A DNA stretch of 64,000 nt from positions 15,166 to 79,165 of the forward strand of contig JAJCXX010000059.1 in the NCBI GenBank assembly GCA_029263195.1, read 5' to 3'. This document shows positions 26,414 to 35,731 of the stretch, in pieces. Origin of the DNA: Acidimicrobiales bacterium. GTDB taxonomy: Bacteria > Actinomycetota > Acidimicrobiia > Acidimicrobiales > Aldehydirespiratoraceae. How positions within the stretch are numbered: the stretch's first letter is position 1; each line of letters begins with the position of its first letter. The notes beneath the pieces were generated by a model. It saw only the letters and a program-made list of their open reading frames with translations, had not been told where the DNA came from and did not search any database. The position numbers and the translations under genes are program-made.

Positions 26414-27358
26414 TCAGGGCCCCAGCTTGATGACTGCATCGACGATCCTGTGGACCACGGTCGGGGCGTCGACCTCCCGTAGCACCAACGTGGCGGAGTC
26501 GTCCGGGGCGATGCGGCCGTCGCGTCCGCTCGGGCGGTAGTCGACTACGGTCATGCCCCGCGTGAGCGCGCCGGTCAGCTCCACGTCCACCGGTCGGACG
26601 TCCCCTCCGAACAGGTCGGGATCGGTGGCGGCGAGCACAGCACATGCGTCGTGAATCGGTGCGCCGGCCCAGCCGCGGATCTCACCGATGCGCTCGACCG
26701 CGTAGTCGAGTAGATCGGCCGCGAGCCGTGCCGCCGGAAACCCGGCGTCTCGAAGCATGTCGCGTTCTTCGGGCCCCAGAAGCACCTGATGAGTCACATC
26801 GAGGCCGACCATGGTGACGGGTCCGGCTTCGCGCAGAACAATTGCGGCGGCTTCGGGATCGGCCCAGATGTTGAATTCGGCGGTGGCCGTGACGTTCCCG
26901 CCGACCGCGGCGCCACCCATAATGGTGAGGCCCCCGAGGCGGTCGGGGAGAGTCGGATCCCGTCGAAGTGCGAGGGCGATGTTGGTCAGCGGTCCGATGG
27001 CGACGAGATGGAGGCCCTCGATGTCGTGTGAGGTTTCGAGGATGAACCCGACGGCGTCGTCGGAGTCCTCGGATCGGTCGAGATCGGGGATGGTGACCGA
27101 GCCCAATCCGGTGGGCCCGTGTACGTAGCTGGCGTCGATCGTGTCGGCCACGAGCGGTCGGGCGGCCCCGCGATGAACCGGCACGTCGAGCCCGGCCGCC
27201 TGTAGAACGGCCAGCGCATTGTGGGTCGTGTGCTCGATGCCGACGTTGCCGTTGACGGTGGTGATCCCGACCAGGTCGGCGGTGTGAGCGGCGGTGAGTA
27301 TGGCGATGGCATCGTCGAGGCCGGGATCGCAGTCGATGAGCATCGGGATCTTTGACAT
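26414..27358 (-). CDS. nonspecific (IU-type) ribonucleoside hydrolase
   Basis: 314 aa. The N-terminal DCDPGLDDAIAI motif is the Ca-binding DxDxxxDD signature of nucleoside hydrolases. Confidence 0.85.
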   Translation of the reverse strand: MSKIPMLIDCDPGLDDAIAILTAAHTADLVGITTVNGNVGIEHTTHNALAVLQAAGLDVPVHRGAARPLVADTIDASYVHGPTGLGSVTIPDLDRSEDSDDAVGFILETSHDIEGLHLVAIGPLTNIALALRRDPTLPDRLGGLTIMGGAAVGGNVTATAEFNIWADPEAAAIVLREAGPVTMVGLDVTHQVLLGPEERDMLRDAGFPAARLAADLLDYAVERIGEIRGWAGAPIHDACAVLAATDPDLFGGDVRPVDVELTGALTRGMTVVDYRPSGRDGRIAPDDSATLVLREVDAPTVVHRIVDAVIKLGP

Positions 27359-27391
27359 GGGGTGATGCTAGGTCGGTCGTGTCCGGGGCGG

Positions 27392-28297
27392 TCAGCCGAG
27401 CAGTTGCTCGACCTCGGATGGGGTCGGGATCGAGGGTTGGGCCCCGGCTCGTTGGGTCGTCGCGGCGCCGACCCGAACGGCCCATTCGGCGGCGGCGGTG
27501 AGCGTTTCTCCGCGGAACAGAGCGTCGGCGAGGGCACCACAGAAGGAATCGCCGGCCGCGGTGGTGTCGACCGGGGTCACGACCGGTGCACGTATGTGCA
27601 CGACATCGGTGTGGTCGACGACCAGGGCCCCGTCGGCCCCGAGCGTCACGACCACCGACCCGCACGGCAGGCTTCGCGCCAGCCCGATCGCGGTGGAGGG
27701 GTCGACCGGACCGTCGAAGCCGGCCAGCGCCGCCAATTCGGTTTGGTTCGGCACGAGCACGTCGGTGTGAGCCAGCAAGGTGTCGGGAAGCCCCCCGGGT
27801 GGGGCGGGAGCCGGGTTGAGGATCACGGTCCCGTGTGCCGTTCGGGCTGCGGCGGTGACGACATCGAGCGGCACCTCCAACTGCAGGAGGGTCACCGCAG
27901 CCGATTCGAGGGTCGGTCCGGCCGCAATGAGATCATCGACGCTCAGGCGGGCGTTGGCGCCGGGGCTGACGACGATTGAGTTGTCGCCATCGGATTGAAC
28001 GGCGATGAATGCGATGCCACTCGGGGTCCCCCGAGTGGAGAGCAGATGTGTTGTGTCGATCCCATCGGACTCGAGTGAGGTCCGAAGATCGTGGCCGGCG
28101 GCGTCGTCGCCGACGCGTCCAATCATCGCCACCCGACGGCCGAGTCGAACCGCGGCCACCGCCTGGTTTGCGCCCTTCCCGCCGGGGATCCGGCGTAGGT
28201 CGCCTCCGAGCACCGTCTCACCGACGAGGGGCACCTGCACCACGTCGACCACGAGATCGAGGTTGGCGCTCCCGACGACGGCGATCTCGGCTTTCAC
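27392..28297 (-). CDS. rbsK: ribokinase
   Basis: The true start is the GTG at 28297, preceded by GGAGG with a 7-nt spacer; the 483-aa track ORF is an artefactual extension. It has the N-terminal VVGSANLDL and GGKGANQA motifs and the C-terminal anion-hole motif TTAAGDSF. Confidence 0.8.
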   Translation of the reverse strand: MKAEIAVVGSANLDLVVDVVQVPLVGETVLGGDLRRIPGGKGANQAVAAVRLGRRVAMIGRVGDDAAGHDLRTSLESDGIDTTHLLSTRGTPSGIAFIAVQSDGDNSIVVSPGANARLSVDDLIAAGPTLESAAVTLLQLEVPLDVVTAAARTAHGTVILNPAPAPPGGLPDTLLAHTDVLVPNQTELAALAGFDGPVDPSTAIGLARSLPCGSVVVTLGADGALVVDHTDVVHIRAPVVTPVDTTAAGDSFCGALADALFRGETLTAAAEWAVRVGAATTQRAGAQPSIPTPSEVEQLLG

Positions 28298-28387
28298 TGC
28301 GGCTCCTCCGCTTGGTCCGGCATGAAATCGGGCTGGCTCGCCGACGTTACATGGCCCTCGGTCGACTCGCTGTGTCACACTCCGTCG

Positions 28388-29143
28388 ATGCTCCAGATCG
28401 AAGATTCCGAAGGAGTGCGGTTGCTCACGCTCGATCGCCCCGAAGCGCTCAACGCCTTCAACCAGGAGCTCTACCACGCGTTGGCCTCGGCGCTGGACGA
28501 CTCGGCCGACGACGACAGTGTGTCCGTCGTGGTGCTCACGGGGTCGGGCCGGGCGTTCTCGGCCGGCAACGACCTGATCGAGATGGGGGCCCAGTTGTCG
28601 GGTTCGGCGGAGCGGCCCGGCTCGAGCGGGTTTCCGACGTTGATGGACGCGGTGGTCGAGTTCCCCAAGCCATTCATCTGCGCGGTCAACGGCTTGGCTC
28701 TCGGGATCGGGGCAACGATTCTCGGTCACGCCGATCTTGCCTTCATGTCGACCGACGCTCGTATCAAGTGCCCGTTCTCGAGCCTTGGCGTGGCCCCGGA
28801 AGCTGCGAGCAGCTACACCTTCCCTCGGATCATGGGCCGACAACAGGCCAGTTGGGTGCTGATGAGCTCGAAGTGGTTCTCATCGCAGCAGTGCGTCGAG
28901 ATGGGACTGGCGATCTCGGTTCATGAGCCCGACGACCTGCTCGACGTGGCTCTCGGGCATGCCGTGGAGCTTGCCGCTCTGCCCCTGGTGTCGCTGATGG
29001 CCACCAAGCGGTTGATCGGCGCCCATCACCGAGCGTCGATCGAGCTGGCGCGCTCCGGTGAGGACGCGGCGTTCGCTGAGTTGATGGGTGGTCCGGCCAA
29101 CCTCGAGGCGCTGCAGGCGTTTGCCGAACGAAACGTCGACTAG
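28388..29143 (+). CDS. enoyl-CoA hydratase/isomerase family protein
   Basis: The ATG at 28388 (MLQIEDSEG…) is the likely start. Crotonase motifs LDRPEALNAF and GSGRAFSAGNDL are present. It lies divergent from rbsK. Confidence 0.75.
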   Translation: MLQIEDSEGVRLLTLDRPEALNAFNQELYHALASALDDSADDDSVSVVVLTGSGRAFSAGNDLIEMGAQLSGSAERPGSSGFPTLMDAVVEFPKPFICAVNGLALGIGATILGHADLAFMSTDARIKCPFSSLGVAPEAASSYTFPRIMGRQQASWVLMSSKWFSSQQCVEMGLAISVHEPDDLLDVALGHAVELAALPLVSLMATKRLIGAHHRASIELARSGEDAAFAELMGGPANLEALQAFAERNVD

Positions 29144-29553
29144 CGGACGACGCTCTCCTCGATCTCGTGGAGGCGCTTGACGGCACCCACGAGGATCTTC
29201 TTCGCCAGCTTGGGGCTGCCGTCGAGCAGCGACGTGAACTCGCGTCGGTTCAGAGCCTCGATCACCATGTCGGTGTCGGCGGTGACCGTTGCGGTTCGCG
29301 GCACCCCGGCCACCACGGCCAGTTCGCCGAAGAAGTCGCCGGGTCCGAGCGTCGCCAGCACCTTGCCGTCGCGGCGGACCGTGGCTGTGCCTTCGGCGAT
29401 GATCATGAACTCGCGACCGGGCTTGCCCTGCACGGTCAGGTCGCGTCCGGCCTTGACGTTGACCTGAGTCATGAAGGAGGCCACCTTTTTCAGCTCGCGG
29501 CTGGTGAGCTCAGAGAACAGTTCGATCTTGATCAATGCTGCTACGAGGGTCAT
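29140..29553 (-). CDS. cyclic-nucleotide-binding domain protein (stand-alone cNMP-binding / Crp-type effector domain)
   Basis: 137 aa. The motifs FGELAV…RTATV are typical of the cNMP-binding beta-roll. No DNA-binding domain is present. Confidence 0.7.
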   Translation of the reverse strand: MTLVAALIKIELFSELTSRELKKVASFMTQVNVKAGRDLTVQGKPGREFMIIAEGTATVRRDGKVLATLGPGDFFGELAVVAGVPRTATVTADTDMVIEALNRREFTSLLDGSPKLAKKILVGAVKRLHEIEESVVR

Positions 29554-29632
29554 TTCGCACCTTACGGTCGGGTCGATCGCCCGCTCATGACCTGTTTCTT
29601 AGCACCGAAGATGGCCGCGACGCAGCCCTCGA

Positions 29633-30592
29633 TCAAAAAATGGCGACGGGATTCACCGGCGCGCCGCAGCCCCCCACGACCGGCTCGGGGCTGGCTGAGA
29701 GGAAGAATTCGTGTCGGTTCATTGCTGAACAGGCCTCCGAAAGCGGCTCGAGATTCCAGTTCTGTCCCTGGGTGAGACCCATGTCGACGATGTGCAGGCA
29801 GTGCACGGCGAGGGCGTTGTCCCATGAGGACCCGGGGAACACCTCGAAGATGTAGCTGTCGGCGGCAACAGCCGCGATGTCGTGACGATGGAACCAGCCG
29901 ACCGCGTCGATTCCCGGCCCGGGATTGTTGCCCGATCCGTCGGCGCCGAACGTGTAGGCGTGAGCGCCCTGCTCGAAGAACAGGCGGATCCGTCCGGTTC
30001 GCAGCAGCACGATGTCGCCCGCTTTGATCTCCACTCCGCCCCAGGCGGCCGCCGCATCGAGATCGTCGGGGGTCACCTCATGGTCGTCGGGAAGAGCGTT
30101 GAGACCTTTCGAGGCGGGAATGTCGAGCAACACACCACGTCCGACGAGATGTCGGATCTTCTCGATCCCGAGCTCGCCGGCACCGTCGCGGGCCGTGATC
30201 GACGATGCGGTCACACCGTTGTAGAGCTGGTGCCCATAGCTGACATGGGAGAGGCCATCCCAATGGGTGGCGGCCTGAAGGCCCATCGTGATCATGTCGT
30301 CGCTGAAGTGGGGAACCATCGCGTCGCCGTCAGGATCTCCGAGATCGGGATGATCGATGGAGCCCATCACGTGGATCGGGTTGACGCGGGTGGGCACTTG
30401 GCCCAGCTGGACTCCAGCGTTCTCGAGATCGATGGCGCACGACACGCGATGTCCGGTGCGAATGTTGGCCGCAGCGGCCGAGACGACATCGTCGGTGATG
30501 AAGTTGAGAGTGCCTATTCGGTCGTCGTCACCCCATCGACCCCAGTTGCGCACCTGACGGCTCATCTCATGGAAGCGTTCATCGAATGACAT
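29633..30592 (-). CDS. cyclase-family protein (kynurenine-formamidase-like metal hydrolase)
   Basis: 319 aa. The pattern HWDGLSH(x)SYGH matches the H-x-G-T-H-x-D-x-P-x-H-type metal site of the PF04199 family. Confidence 0.75.
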   Translation of the reverse strand: MSFDERFHEMSRQVRNWGRWGDDDRIGTLNFITDDVVSAAAANIRTGHRVSCAIDLENAGVQLGQVPTRVNPIHVMGSIDHPDLGDPDGDAMVPHFSDDMITMGLQAATHWDGLSHVSYGHQLYNGVTASSITARDGAGELGIEKIRHLVGRGVLLDIPASKGLNALPDDHEVTPDDLDAAAAWGGVEIKAGDIVLLRTGRIRLFFEQGAHAYTFGADGSGNNPGPGIDAVGWFHRHDIAAVAADSYIFEVFPGSSWDNALAVHCLHIVDMGLTQGQNWNLEPLSEACSAMNRHEFFLSASPEPVVGGCGAPVNPVAIF

Positions 30593-30682
30593 GGTCGACC
30601 TCCTCGGTGCCGTCTGGAGCGTAGGCCATCGATGTTGCGCACCCGTCGGGGTGGGCTACTGTCGTCATCGAGTGATCTGCAT

Positions 30683-31300
30683 ATGACCAGCTTGTATCTC
30701 TTCTGTTTGGCGGTGGGCGGCCCGGTGCTGGCCTGGATCCTTTTCGCGGGCCTGGGCGCCGACAGCCTCGACGGAATCGGCGGCGACGGAATCGGCGATG
30801 GTGGTCTCGACGGAATCGGGGATGGTGGTCTCGACGGAATCGGCGGCGACGGCCACGGCGGCAGCGACGGCATCATGTCGGTGATCCCGCTGTCGAGTGT
30901 CGCGTTCGTCATGACGTTCTTCGGTGCCACGGGTCTCGCGTTCGGTTCAGTGGGCGCCTCGGTCGTATTCGCTTTCGTGATGGCGGTGACGATTGGTGTC
31001 GGTGCAGGCGTCGTGAACTCTGCTGCGTTCAGTTGGCTCAGACGCAACTCGGCTTCCAGCGACGTGAGTAGCCGCGAACTCGAGGGTTCGATCGCCACCG
31101 TGATACTGCCTGTCGACACCCACCATCGCGGACGAATCGTCGTCAACGTGGCCGGGGCCAGGGAACAAATGACCGCTTCGCCCGCCGACGGCACTTCGAT
31201 GGGGGTTGGCGACAAGGTTGTGATCGTGAGAATGTCGGGCGGTGTTGCGCTGGTTGCGTCTCTAGATGCCGCGCTCGGAACCGGCCATGAAATCGACTAG
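30683..31300 (+). CDS. NfeD-like membrane protein (flotillin partner, OB-fold C-terminus) with Gly/Asp-repeat linker
   Basis: The likely start is M18 (30683), directly before the TM helix. It has two TM segments, a (D/G)GIGDGGLDGIG repeat linker and a C-terminal OB-like domain (GSIATVILPVDTHHRGRIVVNVAGAREQMTAS…VVIVRMSGGVALV). It sits immediately upstream of the flotillin gene. Confidence 0.65.
   Translation: MTSLYLFCLAVGGPVLAWILFAGLGADSLDGIGGDGIGDGGLDGIGDGGLDGIGGDGHGGSDGIMSVIPLSSVAFVMTFFGATGLAFGSVGASVVFAFVMAVTIGVGAGVVNSAAFSWLRRNSASSDVSSRELEGSIATVILPVDTHHRGRIVVNVAGAREQMTASPADGTSMGVGDKVVIVRMSGGVALVASLDAALGTGHEID
30764..30862 (+). repeat. short tandem repeat (24-bp unit ggaatcggNgatggtggtctcgac x2, flanked by partial copies) inside the NfeD gene, encoding (D)GIGDGGLDGIG repeats
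   Basis: Read directly from the sequence. It corresponds to residues ~45-77 of the NfeD-like protein. Confidence 0.6.
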
Positions 31301-31336
31301 ATGGAACTCGACTAGACGGTCGTCAATCAGGAGGAA

Positions 31337-32659
31337 GTGCGAATGGACATAGCTCTTGTAGCGGGGCTCGCTGTTGCTCTCGTGGTCATCTTCGTCATCA
31401 TGGTGGTCAAGTCACTGATCGTCATTTGCCCACCGAACCGTGTGGCCGTGATTTCAGGCCGACAACGAGCTCTGTCGGACGGGCGTTCGGTCGGCTACCG
31501 CATTCTCAAAGGCGGTCGTACCTTGCGTATCCCGCTGATCGAGAAGGTCTCGTGGATGGATCTCAACACCATCCCGTTGGATGTCTCGGTCACGAACGCC
31601 TATTCGAAGGGCACCATCCCGCTCAACGTCCAGGGAATGGCCAACATCAAGGTCTCGAGTATCGAAGGACTGCTCGAGAACGCGGCCGAGCGTTTTCTCG
31701 ACTTCTCGAGCGCCCAGATCGGACAGATCGCCAAGGAGACCCTCGAGGCCAACCTTCGTGGTGTGTTGGCCACGTTGTCGCCCGAGGAAGTCAACGAGGA
31801 TCGTCTGAAGTTCTCACAAACGCTGATCGACGAGGCCGACGACGACATGAAGACTCTCGGGCTCAATCTCGACGTACTCAAGATCCAGAACGTCACCGAC
31901 GACGTCAACTATCTCGAATCGGTCGGCCGGAGGCTGAGCTCCGAGGTAGTGCGCGACGCCCGTGTCGCGGAGGCCAATCGCGCCTCGGAGTCGGAGCAGG
32001 CCGAAGCCAGGGCCCGCCAGCTGGCCGAGATCGCCCAGGTACAGGCCGACAAGGCGATTGTGGAGCAGCGGAACGAACTTCGGGTGCGTACCGCCGAGCT
32101 CGACGCGCTGGGCCGGATCAAGGAGGAGCAGGCCAAGGTGGCCGGCGAAACGGCACGGACGGTCGCAGAGCAGGAACTCCAATCAGAGCGGATCGAACTG
32201 GAGAAGCGTCGCCTGGAAGCCAGCGTGGTCACTCCGGCCCGTGCCGATCTCGAAGCCCGTCAACTCAACGCCCAGGCCGCCGCAGCCAGGATCATCGAGG
32301 ACGGAAAGGCACAGGTGGAGGTGTTCCGTCGGATCACCGATCAGTACCAGATCGCCGGCGACGATGGCCAACGAATCTTCGTGCTCAACATGCTCCCGGA
32401 CCTCATCGACAAGATCGTGTCCGTGGTCGACAACGTGTCCATCGACAGGGTCGCGGTGGTCGATACCGGATCGACTCAGGGCGGGGCCATTCCCGGGTTC
32501 TTGTCGCAGCTCCCTGCCGCTGTGGCGGGGCTCACCGAACAGATCGGGGCGATCACAGGAGTCGACATTCTCGGGGCCATGCGTGTCGACGAAGATCCCG
32601 ACGATGCGGTACAGGGAGAACTCGAGTCGAGCCTCGATCCGCCAGAGCTCGAAGGCTGA
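31337..32659 (+). CDS. flotillin / SPFH-domain protein (YqiK/FloA-like)
   Basis: 440 aa with an N-terminal TM helix, an SPFH/band-7 domain and a long Ala/Glu-rich coiled coil (EAERLRAE-like repeats). Confidence 0.8.
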   Translation: MRMDIALVAGLAVALVVIFVIMVVKSLIVICPPNRVAVISGRQRALSDGRSVGYRILKGGRTLRIPLIEKVSWMDLNTIPLDVSVTNAYSKGTIPLNVQGMANIKVSSIEGLLENAAERFLDFSSAQIGQIAKETLEANLRGVLATLSPEEVNEDRLKFSQTLIDEADDDMKTLGLNLDVLKIQNVTDDVNYLESVGRRLSSEVVRDARVAEANRASESEQAEARARQLAEIAQVQADKAIVEQRNELRVRTAELDALGRIKEEQAKVAGETARTVAEQELQSERIELEKRRLEASVVTPARADLEARQLNAQAAAARIIEDGKAQVEVFRRITDQYQIAGDDGQRIFVLNMLPDLIDKIVSVVDNVSIDRVAVVDTGSTQGGAIPGFLSQLPAAVAGLTEQIGAITGVDILGAMRVDEDPDDAVQGELESSLDPPELEG

Positions 32660-32728
32660 GCGACTACAGGAAGACCCGGCGTCCGTCTCGATTGGCGGGC
32701 GCCGACTTCGTACACAACAATCGCCTGG

Positions 32729-33307
32729 ATGTCAGGGGAAACGACGGTTCGCGACCGGCGACGCGAAGAACGCCGCACCAGGGTGATCGAGTCGGCCATG
32801 AGGCTGGCTCTCGACGGCGGATACGAATCGGTGCACATGCGAGCCGTAGCCGACAACGCAGATGTGGCGCTCGGGACCATCTACCGATATTTCTCCGGCA
32901 AGGACGAGATGCTCATCGCTGGGCTGGCCGAGTGGCTGGGCCTGATGCGGTACCGGTTGGAGATGTCGCCTCCGTTGGGCAAGACCGCCAGCGAGAGACT
33001 TGCTGCGGTTCTGACCTCGGCGTCGACCTCGATCGACGGCGCACCTGTGCTGATGGGGGCGCTGGTGACAGCGATGGGTACCACCGACCCGGCGGCGGCG
33101 CGCTACAAGCTGGCGGTTGAGCTGGAAGTCCGGAAGTTGGTGGTGATGGCGATCGGTGACGACGACACGATCGATGCCATGGGAGTGGCACGAGTAGTGG
33201 GCCACGTCTGGGTATCGGCAACGAGCAGATGGATCGGCGGCCTGGCCGACGATGGCAGCGTGGGAGTCGAGTTGCGTCACGCCACGAGGATGCTCCTGGG
33301 TGACTAA
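32729..33307 (+). CDS. TetR-family transcriptional regulator
   Basis: 192 aa with an N-terminal HTH (VHMRAVADNADVALGTIYRYFSGKDEML). Confidence 0.8.
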   Translation: MSGETTVRDRRREERRTRVIESAMRLALDGGYESVHMRAVADNADVALGTIYRYFSGKDEMLIAGLAEWLGLMRYRLEMSPPLGKTASERLAAVLTSASTSIDGAPVLMGALVTAMGTTDPAAARYKLAVELEVRKLVVMAIGDDDTIDAMGVARVVGHVWVSATSRWIGGLADDGSVGVELRHATRMLLGD

Positions 33308-33328
33308 CCGGGCCCGACCGACGCCGAA

Positions 33329-35545
33329 TCAGCGCAGGTCGAGTACCTCGTCGAAGGCCTCGGACTTCTTCGGTTTCGAGAAATAGAAGCCGAGCGCCTG
33401 ATCACAGTCGAGTTCCTTGAGCACCTTCAGTTGCTCCTCGGTCTCGACCCCTTCGGCGATGACGATGAGACCGAGAGCGTGGGCAAGATCGATGATGGCC
33501 GCGACGATGGTGGCGGAATCTCGATCGGTGGCCAGCCCGGCCACGAACGACTGATCGATCTTGAGCACGTCGAGCGGCAGCCGGTGAAGATACGCGAACT
33601 GCGACCAGCCAGTTCCGAAATCGTCGATCCCGAGGCTGATCCCTAGAGCGCGGAGTTGGTCGAGCTGATCGGCCGCCGAATTGGCATCGCCCATCAGCGC
33701 AGATTCCGTGATCTCCATGCAGATCTCGTCGGTGGTGATGCCGGCATCCGCGATGGCACGTTCGATGAATCCGACGAGATCGGGGTCTCCGAGTTGACGA
33801 CCCGACAGATTGACCCAAATACGAATCGGCTCGCTCTCGGGCTCACGGAAGAGCCGCCAGGCCGCGGCCTGGCGACAGGCCTCGGTGATGACCCACTTCC
33901 CGAGGTCGACGATGATGCCCGACTCCTCGGCCAACGGAATGAACTCGCCGGGAGGCACGATGCGCCCGTCGGGGCGTTGCCACCTGACCAGCGCCTCGAA
34001 TCCCACGATGCGTCCCGAGTCGAGATCGAGTTCGGGTTGGTAATGGAGTATGAGTTCGCCGTTGGTGACGGCCCGTCGAAGGGCCTCTTCGGTGTCGATG
34101 CGTTCGAGAGCGAGGCTCTGATCAACTTCGTCGTGGATCGCGAATCGATTCCGTCCGCCGTGCTTGGCTTCGTACATGGCGGTGTCGGCGTTGTCGAGCA
34201 GTTGGGTGGCGTTGTCGGCTCCGAGCGAGGTGGCAATGCCGATCGATGTGCCGAGATTGACGGTGTGGCCCCCGAGTACGAACGGCTGGTCGAACGCTCC
34301 GAGGATCCGGCGAGCCACCGCGGTTGCGCCTCGTGCCCCGTCGGTGCCGGCGCAGAGCATCACGAATTCGTCGCCGCCCAATCGGGCGAGGGTGTCTCCG
34401 GGGCGGACTATCGCCGACAACCGTTCCGACACCTTCGACAAGGCGGTGTCGCCGGCCTGGTGCCCGAGGGTGTCGTTGATGATCTTGAATCCGTCGAGGT
34501 CGATGAACAACACGGCGATGGGTTGCAGCGATCGTCGACTGACCGCGAAGGCCTGGTCGAGACGATCGAGAAGGAGCGCCTTGTTCGGGAGCCCGGTGAG
34601 CTCGTCGTGGAACGCCTGCTTGATGAGGCTCTGCTCGGTTTCGCGTTGCTGGGTGATATCGCGCCCTGACGATTGCAGCTGAGTGACATCGCCCGAGGAG
34701 TCGCGAATCGGGGTGAGAGCCGTCTCGAACCAGCGGTAGGAGCCGTTTCGGTGCCGGAGACGATGACGGAATCGTGTGGGTTCGCCGCCTCGTCGGGCCG
34801 CATCGCTGAGGGCCTGGACGAGAGCATCGCGGGTGTTGGCGTGGGAGAGGTCGACGGGGTGGGATCCGGCGAGCACCGCAGGGTCGAGGTCGAGTAGTCG
34901 ACGCACCGAAGGCGAGACGTAGGTGAAGGTCCCGTCGGGCTGGTGCAGACACACCAGGTCGGAGGTGTATTCGGCCATCGCCTGGAAGATGCTCTCGGCT
35001 TCGGCCAGCGCTTGGGTGGTGGCTTCGATGATTGCTTCGGTCTCGCGCTCATCGGCCAGAGTGCGAAGCTCGGCCAGAAGCATCGATATGGCGCCGTCTG
35101 AGTCGGTGACCGGGGTCAACTCGACACGGATGGGCCGACTCGAGTTGTCGCCGGTGTCGATGGTGCGAGAGCCGGCGACCCCGGTGGATGCTTCGTCGAT
35201 CAGCGGAGCGAGGATGGTGGCGGGATCGGCGGTGCCCCACAAGGGTGCCACCCAGAGCGGTCGGCCGAGCAGGCTGTCTCGTGTGGCCCCGAGCGAGTCG
35301 GCTCGGTCGTTGCAGTCGAGTACGGTGCCGTCGAGGTCGACGAGAAGTGCCGCGTCGGTGAGTCGGGTGAGTGCGATTCGGGACTGGAGTTCGCGACTCA
35401 GATCGTCGAGATCGGGATCGGTGAGAGTGGCCAGATTCTGTAGCACCGACAAGCGGAGTTCGTTGGTTGTCTGAGTCGTGGGGCTGGCCTCGTCGGGCAC
35501 ATCTTCTCCTGCGTTGGCGGGTCGGTCCCGCTGGGAAAATGACAC
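33329..35545 (-). CDS. cytoplasmic PAS-PAS-GGDEF-EAL protein (diguanylate cyclase/phosphodiesterase)
   Basis: 738 aa with an intact GGDEF motif (LGGDEFVML), an intact EAL domain (EALVRWQRPDG…) and two PAS-like regions. Confidence 0.85.
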   Translation of the reverse strand: MSFSQRDRPANAGEDVPDEASPTTQTTNELRLSVLQNLATLTDPDLDDLSRELQSRIALTRLTDAALLVDLDGTVLDCNDRADSLGATRDSLLGRPLWVAPLWGTADPATILAPLIDEASTGVAGSRTIDTGDNSSRPIRVELTPVTDSDGAISMLLAELRTLADERETEAIIEATTQALAEAESIFQAMAEYTSDLVCLHQPDGTFTYVSPSVRRLLDLDPAVLAGSHPVDLSHANTRDALVQALSDAARRGGEPTRFRHRLRHRNGSYRWFETALTPIRDSSGDVTQLQSSGRDITQQRETEQSLIKQAFHDELTGLPNKALLLDRLDQAFAVSRRSLQPIAVLFIDLDGFKIINDTLGHQAGDTALSKVSERLSAIVRPGDTLARLGGDEFVMLCAGTDGARGATAVARRILGAFDQPFVLGGHTVNLGTSIGIATSLGADNATQLLDNADTAMYEAKHGGRNRFAIHDEVDQSLALERIDTEEALRRAVTNGELILHYQPELDLDSGRIVGFEALVRWQRPDGRIVPPGEFIPLAEESGIIVDLGKWVITEACRQAAAWRLFREPESEPIRIWVNLSGRQLGDPDLVGFIERAIADAGITTDEICMEITESALMGDANSAADQLDQLRALGISLGIDDFGTGWSQFAYLHRLPLDVLKIDQSFVAGLATDRDSATIVAAIIDLAHALGLIVIAEGVETEEQLKVLKELDCDQALGFYFSKPKKSEAFDEVLDLR

Positions 35546-35731
35546 GGGATTTCCCGCGTGGAAAAGGTAGCCACCACGAACCGTGGGGCGGTGGATGCCG
35601 ACGACGCGCCGCGCGATTTGCGACCACGCTGAGCGGTTTCAGGAAGTAGGCCCGGTGGGCTGGGACGATCGAGGTCCCGACACTATTGTCGCTGCGTCGA
35701 CACGATTCGGAACGCAACAGGAGATGACTCG

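Noticed and set aside
27392-28843. 483-aa ORF suggesting a large ribokinase fusion protein
   Set aside because: Only the C-terminal 302 aa are ribokinase-like. A GTG with a perfect GGAGG site lies at 28297. The upstream 180 codons are Arg-rich and overlap the divergent enoyl-CoA hydratase promoter and gene.
30764-30862. Short direct repeats considered as a possible CRISPR array
   Set aside because: They are in-frame coding repeats (24-bp unit, no spacers of unique sequence, inside a gene). There are no cas genes anywhere in the window.
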